Below are positions 1 to 9,116 of a stretch of DNA of 64,000 nucleotides, piece by piece (the first letter of the stretch is position 1; each line of letters starts with the position of its first letter). Both the position numbers and the translations under genes were made by a program. This stretch comes from Thermoplasmata archaeon (GTDB lineage Archaea > Thermoplasmatota > Penumbrarchaeia > JAEHCK01), in NCBI GenBank assembly GCA_020696345.1, contig JAEHCK010000003.1, forward strand, positions 10,270 to 74,269, given 5' to 3'. The notes under the pieces are model-generated. The model worked only from the letters and a program-made list of their open reading frames with translations. It made no database searches and had not been told where the DNA came from.

Positions 1-3000
1 AAATTGTTTGTAACCTCTAAAGGTCCCCCAAACGGGTCCGTTAAATTCAGGGTCACATCATAATTTATCAATGCCGTTACATTGCTGATATTCGCTAACC
101 AATCAATCGCCTCATGACCGACCAGATACAGATCATAAGTATTATTGTAGAATGTCAGGTTTTCGAAGATTGGTGTCGAATTCTCTATATAAAATGCAAC
201 TTCGCAGTCAGAAAACGTCGTGTTAATGATAGTAGAATTTTTTAACCACCATAAATAGATCAACGAATTTTCAGATATTTTCGAATTCATTATTGTAAAA
301 TTCCAATACGAGTCCGAACAAAATACCTGAACTCCGGTCATCAGGCTATCATTTATTGTTACTTTAGCGTAACTAATTTCCAAATAAGTATTTAGTAGCT
401 CCACACTGTTGAATGATAGGTTTGAATAGGAAATTCCCAAGTATGAACCTTCAATTTGTGAATTATTAATTTGAACTTGATCATTTTGCATATTTAGATT
501 TTGGTACTTTTCTTCCCTATAAAAGGACATCATCATACGCCTAATCTTACAACCATCTATTATCATATCTGAATGGTAAGAATAAAATTCCCTACCCCAG
601 ATACCTGTATTATTCAAACTGGAATTGGAAAATAAGAAATCACAATTCATCATATGTATCGACGAATCATAAATTGATGAGTTAGTTATTATTACATAAC
701 TATTTTGAAATTGCATAAATGGTATTCTGGTTAAGGTAGAATCATATAATTCAAAATCACCATTACATTGGAAGGTTAAGCGATTTGAATATAGCTCTGA
801 ATATTTATCGAAAAGTTCAATGCTTGAATTCCGAATTTTCAATGCAGCATTTTCCGAAATGATCCAATGGAAAGTTTCTTCCTCATTTTCATTAACCAAG
901 ACAATTTGTTGATCATTAATTGTGGTTTCACCACTTTTTAAGTATACCAGTTCATGATCTAAAAGATCATGGTCAATGGTGTGATCATCATTGATATAGA
1001 GAATGTTTGCCTTTGCAAAATTATTCTCGGGTAAAATATCTCTTGAATCATCATCGGACTCCAATTTGAATTCAAGATTTCCATCAAAGGTGGGAAAAGT
1101 AATATTTTCCAGATAATATTTCAGAGAATATGCCTTTTTGTGCTTACACGATCCCACGGTCCAGTTCTCAACTGTTTTATCATTGATCAACACAGACACA
1201 TTCACCTGCGAAACATTATTACCTAAACATTTGTAAAGAAGCTGGTAGTATGGCACATCATACTCAGTATTTAAAAATAGACTTTCGACCCTTACATCAT
1301 AAAAATCGCCCACTGTGATATTTATTTCATTTTGTGGTGCGTCCAGTTTGGTTACGCCACACCCCTCCAGTTCGGTGAATGCATATATAGAGTATGGAAA
1401 CGGATCATATAAACTACCGTTCTGATAGATCCTGGTTTTAAGTATTCGAGCTTTCTCTTGCGGATACTTAAATTCATCACCATCATATTTACTATAATAG
1501 TAATCCGGATAAAACACTTCAACCATACCATAGTTGTCTATGGCCTCGAAAAATGCGTTCTGGCGAACCAATAGGAAATTTAGGCAGTTTATTAACAGAT
1601 CATAATATTTTTCCAATATCACCTCGTTCTTGCTGAAATGATTAGGCTCCAATAATGATTTTGTGCTTATTTCAAAATCTACGATTATTGCAATGCTGCA
1701 GTTATAGAAATAATTATTCAGGAGCTTGGAAGGCGGCAGGGCAAGCAATAGACCAGTACTGCAATTTTTGATCTCATTATTTACAAATGTTAAATCCAAT
1801 GGTAGATCCGGGTTCCGTTCTTCGACCTTAATCCCTTTCTTGAACCCTGACAACTGGTTGTTCTCTAATAGTATCTCTATTCCCTCTGCCCAGTAATCCT
1901 GTTTTTCAATTAGAATACCATTGGGCCGGTAATAATCGGAATAAGAATATCCCGCGTTAAAATCACAATTTTTTATCTGTCCTTCTGAATCAGTGATCTC
2001 AATCGGATCGTCACAAAACTTGAATTCCGTTGATTCGAGGCTAAAACTTGAATCAAATAGATCGATACAATTATCGCAATTATTGAAGTAAGAATTTTTC
2101 ACTTCCAGATATCCATTATGTACATTGATCACCGAGTTCAGGTGCTCGAGTTTGCTGTCTTGAATGCTCAGGCTTCCCTGGACTTCGATCTCAAAATCAT
2201 GTATGTATTCCCCCAGTTTTAAGTAACAGTTTTTCATGATCAATGTTGAGCTTTGACTTATGAATATCTTTATATCACTGAGACTAGAGTGAGAGTTTCC
2301 GTGTTGAAAAATTAATATTGTCGTATTCTCCATGGTGACCGTAGCACCGCGGCTAATAGTGATATTATCCTCCAGATATATGATCTCGTCCTGGAAGGTT
2401 GTATCTTCAATTAGAAAATACTGGTTCGACCCAGGAAAATCGTAAAGGTTTGTGGTGTATGGGTTTTTAAATATTATTGTATCATCTGAATCATCATAAA
2501 AAAGGATCTTTGGAAATACCAGTAAAATTATTATAAAAATTGAACTGAAATAAAGCGCTTTTGGAATTCTATAACCTTTTTTTGCGGTTTTTATGTTATT
2601 TAAATATTCGTTCATTCCATGTGGGCTGGAAAGGTCCATGATTCTTGCTGTTTTCTTATACCCGAGCAAAGTTTGTTTGATCTTAGATGGGATGGTAACC
2701 CCGTTGGCTTGGAGTGTTAATAATTTTTTTACTGAGTAATATTTTAATATCAATATTATTGATGAAGTTAAAATTAATAATAGGGTAAAAAAAATGATTT
2801 GTAATAAGACATAATTATTATCAGCGTGCATCCATTCGACTAAATACAATAAATTTGGAAATAGAATATACAAGTAGCTCATTAGCAGGATGGCAGAGAT
2901 CAATAATATAACTCCAACAGCACTGGAAGAATAATAATTTGATCTTCTTTGGCATTTTTTCCAGAACTTAATATCGGATTTCCACGCCTGGACGGGCTCG

Positions 3001-4985
3001 AAGTTTAATATATTATATAGTTGATTTCCCAACGCATCACTTAATCCAGGGAATAATTTTAGGAAAATATCACGAACCAAATATTCATTATTAATTTTAG
3101 AGTCCGTCTTGGGTGCGTCAGGATTTCTGAACTTCAAAATTGCAAAGGAATAAATAAATTTGATTTGTTCTTTATTTACAACCATTAGCCCCCTTGGTTT
3201 TACAATTTCATTCCGTTTTGCAAGGTCAAGAAATGGGTGTCGAATAGCCTGGAACTTTTCTACTCTTATTTGTAATCCTATTAGGTCGGCGAACCAATAA
3301 AAACGCGGTTTTTTGAAATATGGTATTGGCGCACCTGGGAAATCTAGGCCAAATTCAAAAATTCGCGGTGTGGGATTTTCCACAAACAATAATATTAATC
3401 CGGTCTCTAAACCAATTATTAATGCAAATATTAAAACCATCACAAGAAAGATTGTATTAAAAAAATAAAAGGGATAAAGAATTACTAATAATAAAGAAAT
3501 TGAGATTATTATTGTAATAGTAATAATTGTAAACCCAAGCCGTTTTCTGAATAGAACCGGATTCTCTTTTCCAAATAATAACCTGCCGCGATCGTTCCTC
3601 TCCTTAGCTTTTTTGAATTTTGTTTGGATAGTCTTTAAGGCCTCCTCCGGGATCTTATGTTTTTCTCCATCATCTTCGGCTAAAATCTTTTCAATGAGTT
3701 TCTCACGCCGTTTCAAGTTCTTTTTATAGATGGAACGAGAGAAATAGAGAATAATTAAGTACAGGGCACCAAGGCCAATTAGATATAATATCAAGGGTTG
3801 AAAATTATCTTCAATTTTAGAAAAATATATGAGCTCTCCAGCAAAAAAGTCGTTATAACTATATTCAATATTGTACATTGTTGAATCCAGATAGACGATC
3901 TCCAAATCACCATTATCGTGTATTCCCAAGGATGTAACAATATCATCCGGAAGTTCCACAGGATATTTCCTGGATAATAATAAATTCATATCTTTATCAT
4001 ATTTATTGACATATATCTCTTTCCCGTTGGAGACGAAAGTAAAGGTCAATTGGTCATCACTGATCCGACCTTTAAATAAAGTAGCAGCATCCGAAAAATC
4101 CCAATAAAGTGATCCATAAAAATCAGTATTTTCCAACTCGGCGGTCTTTATCACCTTAAAATTCTCATCTAAGAGCGAGTATTCATAATGTGAATTAGAA
4201 AAGGTTCCACGAACAATATTTAATAATAATAACTGTCCAGAATCAAAAATAAATATATCCTCAGGAAATATTATCTCATCAAGCAGAACGTGCTGTAAAA
4301 GTATACCTTGAGCATCAAATTTGTCCAAATAGCAAATGGTATCGGAATAATGGTTGGATGTGCTGTTATAGGAAAAAATAAATAACTGTCCATTTTGGCT
4401 CTCGATAATATTGTTGATATTTCGGTCATGTAATTCAGCTTCCACATTATAAGAGCCGTTTTGATAGATGGATACTACCTGGTTATCATCTGTTTTAGCT
4501 AGTATCCGACCGGCTCCCGGATAGATTTCCTCAATATCAAAACCAAGTTCTGTTCTTGGATTAACGGTTCGAGCTACAGCTAATTCTGCCAGATCTATTA
4601 TTATTAAAACGTTATCAAACCACCAATTCTGACCAGATACATGTATGTACCCGTAGCCGGAATTATCACCAACCACAGTTATATCATATATTGGTAGATC
4701 CTCATAACCTTGGAATAATACCCTTGTATCACCCACACCGCTATCCACTAATTGTGCTCCTTCAATGGTCCTGTTCGGTGTTAAGACTTTGCCTATCCAG
4801 AATACGAACGCCCCCTCCGAATCATCAATTAAGATCTCCGGGCTACCGCCAAGCTCGGTTATGGTTTGTTGTTCACTCCAACCCAGAGGGCCAATTGCCA
4901 CAGGGTACAGTAAATAAGAAAATACCATAAGGTAAACGAATGTACCTGTAATTAATATTCCATTCGTCCCCAAATGTGTCCTCAT
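1..4985 (-). CDS. Large multi-pass membrane protein (>1660 aa, 3' end beyond window edge) with N-terminal extracellular domain and C-terminal parallel beta-helix-like region
   Basis: Manual translation from ATG at 4985 (MRTHLGTNGILITGTFVYLMVFSYLLYPVAIG...) stayed open over the ~3.2 kb read by hand. Its absence from the ORF track implies no in-frame stop before position 1. Several hydrophobic helices, then repeating I/F-x-N/D-S/C-x-F/I strands. Confidence 0.8.
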   Translation of the reverse strand, partial: MRTHLGTNGILITGTFVYLMVFSYLLYPVAIGPLGWSEQQTITELGGSPEILIDDSEGAFVFWIGKVLTPNRTIEGAQLVDSGVGDTRVLFQGYEDLPIYDITVVGDNSGYGYIHVSGQNWWFDNVLIIIDLAELAVARTVNPRTELGFDIEEIYPGAGRILAKTDDNQVVSIYQNGSYNVEAELHDRNINNIIESQNGQLFIFSYNSTSNHYSDTICYLDKFDAQGILLQHVLLDEIIFPEDIFIFDSGQLLLLNIVRGTFSNSHYEYSLLDENFKVIKTAELENTDFYGSLYWDFSDAATLFKGRISDDQLTFTFVSNGKEIYVNKYDKDMNLLLSRKYPVELPDDIVTSLGIHDNGDLEIVYLDSTMYNIEYSYNDFFAGELIYFSKIEDNFQPLILYLIGLGALYLIILYFSRSIYKKNLKRREKLIEKILAEDDGEKHKIPEEALKTIQTKFKKAKERNDRGRLLFGKENPVLFRKRLGFTIITITIIISISLLLVILYPFYFFNTIFLVMVLIFALIIGLETGLILLFVENPTPRIFEFGLDFPGAPIPYFKKPRFYWFADLIGLQIRVEKFQAIRHPFLDLAKRNEIVKPRGLMVVNKEQIKFIYSFAILKFRNPDAPKTDSKINNEYLVRDIFLKLFPGLSDALGNQLYNILNFEPVQAWKSDIKFWKKCQRRSNYYSSSAVGVILLISAILLMSYLYILFPNLLYLVEWMHADNNYVLLQIIFFTLLLILTSSIILILKYYSVKKLLTLQANGVTIPSKIKQTLLGYKKTARIMDLSSPHGMNEYLNNIKTAKKGYRIPKALYFSSIFIIILLVFPKILFYDDSDDTIIFKNPYTTNLYDFPGSNQYFLIEDTTFQDEIIYLEDNITISRGATVTMENTTILIFQHGNSHSSLSDIKIFISQSSTLIMKNCYLKLGEYIHDFEIEVQGSLSIQDSKLEHLNSVINVHNGYLEVKNSYFNNCDNCIDLFDSSFSLESTEFKFCDDPIEITDSEGQIKNCDFNAGYSYSDYYRPNGILIEKQDYWAEGIEILLENNQLSGFKKGIKVEERNPDLPLDLTFVNNEIKNCSTGLLLALPPSKLLNNYFYNCSIAIIVDFEISTKSLLEPNHFSKNEVILEKYYDLLINCLNFLLVRQNAFFEAIDNYGMVEVFYPDYYYSKYDGDEFKYPQEKARILKTRIYQNGSLYDPFPYSIYAFTELEGCGVTKLDAPQNEINITVGDFYDVRVESLFLNTEYDVPYYQLLYKCLGNNVSQVNVSVLINDKTVENWTVGSCKHKKAYSLKYYLENITFPTFDGNLEFKLESDDDSRDILPENNFAKANILYINDDHTIDHDLLDHELVYLKSGETTINDQQIVLVNENEEETFHWIISENAALKIRNSSIELFDKYSELYSNRLTFQCNGDFELYDSTLTRIPFMQFQNSYVIITNSSIYDSSIHMMNCDFLFSNSSLNNTGIWGREFYSYHSDMIIDGCKIRRMMMSFYREEKYQNLNMQNDQVQINNSQIEGSYLGISYSNLSFNSVELLNTYLEISYAKVTINDSLMTGVQVFCSDSYWNFTIMNSKISENSLIYLWWLKNSTIINTTFSDCEVAFYIENSTPIFENLTFYNNTYDLYLVGHEAIDWLANISNVTALINYDVTLNLTDPFGGPLEVTNN

Positions 4986-5076
4986 TAATATCCTATAGTG
5001 ATATTTATTATAAATATAAAGATTTTTCCAGTATCGCTTTTTTAATAATTTCACTTATAATAATGATAATTATCAA

Positions 5077-7407
5077 TTACCCTGCAGTACGTTCTCTGAT
5101 CGTTTTCTCGGTGTCCAGCTTCCTCGAGTACCGTATCGGAACGAATGACGAGAGCTCTACGAAAAGCATCCCCAATATGAGTATCATTATTGTTGAACTT
5201 ACTATGAATACGATTGGGAAGTAGAAGATCACGTCCTCCATGACCCTGGCCAGGACCTCGGCAAAGAGATATGCGAAGGGTATACTGACAATGGCTGAAA
5301 GAACCCCCAGGAACCCCATCTCGATCATTATGGATTTAGCAGTTTTCCACTTCGAAACACCCAGTGTATCGAGGGTTGCGTATTCTACGTCCCTTTCCAT
5401 GGTCGATATTATAACGGCCGACCCGGCCACTGCGATGGTTATGAGCAGTTGCATGAAGAAGAAAAAGAAAAGCATGCCCTCGGCCATGACAAGGAGCTCA
5501 TCATAGGTCTCGACAATATCCTTATGTACGACGACATAACCGACCGTGTTCATGGCCCTAATGTCATTTACCTTCTCGTCCACAAGATCCTCATTCTGTA
5601 ATTTGATGAATGCTCCGGAGGAGATGTTGGCTGGGAACAGTGGAGCTATCATCTCCCTGGAGGTGTAGACCGAATAAACAATCAAATCGTTGATGATTCC
5701 CTTGACTTTAAGGTCTGTGGAATTAGATCCAAAGGTTATTCTTATTGAGTCTCCGATATCGGCATTCAGGTCCAAGGAGAGCTTGTTGGAGATGACGGCA
5801 CCATCGTTAAACCCAAGTTTCCCTTCCTGTAGGTCAAAGTCCTTGATACGCTTGAGATCTTCACTAGCCATTATCACTGTACCCTTTCTCTCGCTTCCTT
5901 TACTGGCTTCGGCCTTCATATATGCGTAAGGGGCGATCCATTCAGTATCCCCTTGGTCCAGGCCAAGAAAGGACTCATTGACCGAGGTGGTTGGCATGGT
6001 GGACACGAAGTCGGCCCTGACGTCCCATTTCTCGGAGTCCAGCTGCTCCCTGACATAACCATAAGCCGAGTCGGCCATTATAAGCCAGCTACCGGCCGAG
6101 CCGATAGTTAAAGCGATCACGACGATGGTTATGGCCGTCCTCCTAGGATTGCGGACCGTGTTCCTAAGTCCCATGGTTGTGATCATGGACCTCCTGGTGG
6201 TGGACCCTTTGGTTTTTCTGACACTCGTCCTCGGTTTGTACTCGAGGGCGTCCCTAACAGTGGACCGAGTGATGAACCAGATAGGGACCCATACTGAAAT
6301 GAGCACAGTCGCCATTATCGTTATTATGGATATGGCGAATGGCATTATGGACAATGGATATACGGTCTCGTACGAGATGCCGAAAAAAGAGGTCTGGAAA
6401 TCGATTATCCCTGCCGCGAACCAGAGGCCGAATATGACTCCAAATACAACACCGATAGTCCCAATTATAAGGCCGAGGGCCATGTAGGCGCGGGTTATCT
6501 CCCTCTTGGTGTAACCCAGTGACATGAGCACTCCAATGTACCGGGAATCGCTCTGCACCAACCGTATCATGGTCATAAATATTGAGATGAAACCCACTAT
6601 CAGGAATATTATGCTCATGACCGGCATCATGTTCTTCATCTTGTTAGCACCGATCCTCATGAATTCACGTGACGGATGCCCGTCCTGATACGTGACTGAC
6701 TTAACGCCCACGCCCTGGAGCGAGGATATGACCGAATCATCGTCGCCATCGTCAGTAAGGAGCACCGTGACCTCGTTGACCTTCAGCCCCAAGCCCGTTA
6801 TGTTCTGCAACTCGTCCAGGGGCATTATAATGACCACTAGTGTCCCTGGCGCCGGGATCGTATAATCGCCGAAAGACGACGCGAACACGAATTCCGGTCC
6901 GGTGACGAGCCCTGATATGGTAAGGTTTAGGTCCTTACCCATGATCTGGAAATGTAGTACCTTGTCGACCTTGACGTTCTTTGCCTCCATGCCCCCTACC
7001 GCTACGGCCTCGCCAGGGGACTGGAAGAACCTACCTTTGGCGAGTTCGAGTACGTTGATTTCTTTCTGTTTCGGATCCTCGACTCCATAGAACTGGGTCG
7101 ATATTCTCTCGCCCTCATGGTCGTAGATACCCGTGAGCTTGAGGCGCGATTGATGTGCCTTAACGTCACCAGTGCTGCCGAGGGCAGAATCTATGTCTGA
7201 TTCATTGACCGGTGTGGTCATGTCTATGAAAAGGTCCGCCATGCGGCCATCCTCAAAATAGGTCTCGATGCTCGCATCCATCATGTCGCCGCTATAGAGC
7301 CCACCCAGGAATAAGGCCATGGCCAACGCGATGACAAGTACTATGGTGAATGTTCGCCCCTTCATGCGCTTAAATTTCCTCAAAACACTCTTGGTGATGG
7401 TTTTCAT
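5077..7407 (-). CDS. ABC transporter permease, FtsX/MacB-like (two repeats)
   Basis: Two TM-large loop-3TM units; 'SRYIGVLMSLGYTKREI' and 'ERDVEYATLDTLGVS' motifs; directly downstream of a LolD-type ATPase. Confidence 0.9.
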   Translation of the reverse strand: MKTITKSVLRKFKRMKGRTFTIVLVIALAMALFLGGLYSGDMMDASIETYFEDGRMADLFIDMTTPVNESDIDSALGSTGDVKAHQSRLKLTGIYDHEGERISTQFYGVEDPKQKEINVLELAKGRFFQSPGEAVAVGGMEAKNVKVDKVLHFQIMGKDLNLTISGLVTGPEFVFASSFGDYTIPAPGTLVVIIMPLDELQNITGLGLKVNEVTVLLTDDGDDDSVISSLQGVGVKSVTYQDGHPSREFMRIGANKMKNMMPVMSIIFLIVGFISIFMTMIRLVQSDSRYIGVLMSLGYTKREITRAYMALGLIIGTIGVVFGVIFGLWFAAGIIDFQTSFFGISYETVYPLSIMPFAISIITIMATVLISVWVPIWFITRSTVRDALEYKPRTSVRKTKGSTTRRSMITTMGLRNTVRNPRRTAITIVVIALTIGSAGSWLIMADSAYGYVREQLDSEKWDVRADFVSTMPTTSVNESFLGLDQGDTEWIAPYAYMKAEASKGSERKGTVIMASEDLKRIKDFDLQEGKLGFNDGAVISNKLSLDLNADIGDSIRITFGSNSTDLKVKGIINDLIVYSVYTSREMIAPLFPANISSGAFIKLQNEDLVDEKVNDIRAMNTVGYVVVHKDIVETYDELLVMAEGMLFFFFFMQLLITIAVAGSAVIISTMERDVEYATLDTLGVSKWKTAKSIMIEMGFLGVLSAIVSIPFAYLFAEVLARVMEDVIFYFPIVFIVSSTIMILILGMLFVELSSFVPIRYSRKLDTEKTIRERTAG

Positions 7408-7427
7408 ATCTTACACCTACCCTCACA

Positions 7428-8102
7428 TCAATTCAGTGCAAGTTGGCCCCTGCGTAAAAGCAATGTCCTGTCAGCGTATTTCTTGAGGCTTGAGTTGTGG
7501 GTTACTATCAAAAAGGTCATCTTGAGCTCTTCTTTCAGCTTCTGCATCAGAGCCATGATCTTCTCGCCCCTATCTTCGTCCAGATTACCGGTGGGTTCGT
7601 CGGCAAGAATGAGTTTTGGCTCTTTTGCCAGAGCCCTTGCGATAGCCACCCTCTGCTGTTCACCTGCCGACAGCTCCTGAGGGAGGTTATGCATTTTGTC
7701 CGAGAGACCTACCAGGTTCAGATACTTCTCGGCCTTCTTCCTAAGCTCGGTCTTGTCCTGGATGACGGCCTCAATGCCCAAGATTACATTCTCGAGCGCA
7801 GTAAGGGTTGGTATCAGGTTGTAGAACTGGAATATGAATCCTACTTCGGTTCTCCTAAACTTGTTCAGCTGTTTAGCATTGAGCTCGCCGAGGTTGTTAC
7901 CGGCGACCGTGATCGTTCCAGTGGTTGGTTTGTCGATGCCGCCAAGCAGGTTCAGGAGGGTAGTCTTACCGCACCCTGACGGGCCCATGACCATAACCAT
8001 CTCACCTGGATTAAATTTGAAATCTAAACCAGTCAAAACTTTGGTTTCCAATTTACCTATAAAATAACTTTTGTGTAAACCCGAGATATCAATTAATGCC
8101 AT
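7428..8102 (-). CDS. ABC transporter ATP-binding protein (LolD/MacB family)
   Basis: Walker [43 protein letters not shown]. Start taken at ATG 8102 after a GGTGAT SD (track start 8114). Confidence 0.95.
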   Translation of the reverse strand: MALIDISGLHKSYFIGKLETKVLTGLDFKFNPGEMVMVMGPSGCGKTTLLNLLGGIDKPTTGTITVAGNNLGELNAKQLNKFRRTEVGFIFQFYNLIPTLTALENVILGIEAVIQDKTELRKKAEKYLNLVGLSDKMHNLPQELSAGEQQRVAIARALAKEPKLILADEPTGNLDEDRGEKIMALMQKLKEELKMTFLIVTHNSSLKKYADRTLLLRRGQLALN

Positions 8103-8238
8103 TTTTATCACCATTTCATTTATTTCAGATTAGGGAGTATATATTTGGGATTTAGATTAATCATCTTATCATTAATTTAGGTTAATTACTCATAACTTGA
8201 TAACATTTTGGCCGTTCATGTACGGTAGTTTATATAAT

Positions 8239-8428
8239 TGGTTCTTCTCCCGATTTAGGTAAAGAAGTGAAATTAAAATATTACAAATATATTCAGGGAT
8301 CAGGGGTTACAATTCAGGGGTCACAATTTAGATTTTATTTCTTTTAATTCAACATTATCCCACTAATGTCCTGACCCCAAAGTTGTGACCCCTGACTCCT
8401 AATATTGCCCAAATTCGGAGAAGAGTCA
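8239..8428. repeat. Nested inverted-repeat element (outer TGGTTCTTCTCCCGATTTAGGTAA arm; inner AGGGATCAGGGGTTACAATT arm)
   Basis: 8239-8262 pairs with 8405-8428; 8295-8324 pairs with 8370-8400. Arm copies recur at 48683-48713, 49811-49842 and ~62425-62447. Confidence 0.75.
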
Positions 8429-8556
8429 GAACCTTTTAACTTTTAAGATTTAACTTTTGAAATTTGACTTTAAAAAAAATGTATCAATCATTATTCTCTT
8501 CTGTGCAAAACATTTTTTTTAAAAATGATCAAGCCATCATCAATCTATCATAATTA

Positions 8557-8898
8557 CTAAACAGTATAATACCCACCCACGCTTTTCGTGAGTTCATCCA
8601 ACTCCTGAGGATGGGAGAATAGCGCACATGGCATGCCGTCCGTCTCCAGTAGATGCTCATTCTTTCTAATTGCCTCGAACAATGGGCTGGCCAACGCGTC
8701 TTTCAGAGTTGAGGTTTTCAGGTTATGTGTTGCAACATTCGAAACCGGGCATGGTGTAAGGTCACCACCTGGGGTCACATGCGCAAACCCGCGCCCTGCC
8801 GATACGCAGCCGCCAAAATATTCCTCGTCGCCGGGTGAATGGATAAGATAGATTGACTTTGTATTCCGCACTTCGAGCATTTTTTTCCTGAAAAAAGC
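8557..8898 (-). pseudogene. C-terminal remnant (SPASM region) of a radical SAM/SPASM protein
   Basis: GCVSAGRGFAHVTPGGDLTPCPVS...CALF is a SPASM-type signature. No CxxxCxxC core upstream; coding-like sequence gives way at ~8898 to AT-rich repeats. Confidence 0.75.
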
Positions 8899-9116
8899 AA
8901 TAATGTAATTTCAATTTTAACTTTTACAATTTGCCTTGGCAAATTTCTACAAGGGTAAAAATTCTGTTTTTAGTAATATATAATTATTAGGAATTTTTAG
9001 CCCAGGACAATTTGTCTCTACAAATTGTCTAAGTTTAACTTTTACAATTGCCAAAGCAATATATCAGCTTGCTTTAATACCCATTCCAACAACCCATGAT
9101 CGATAACCCTGCATCT

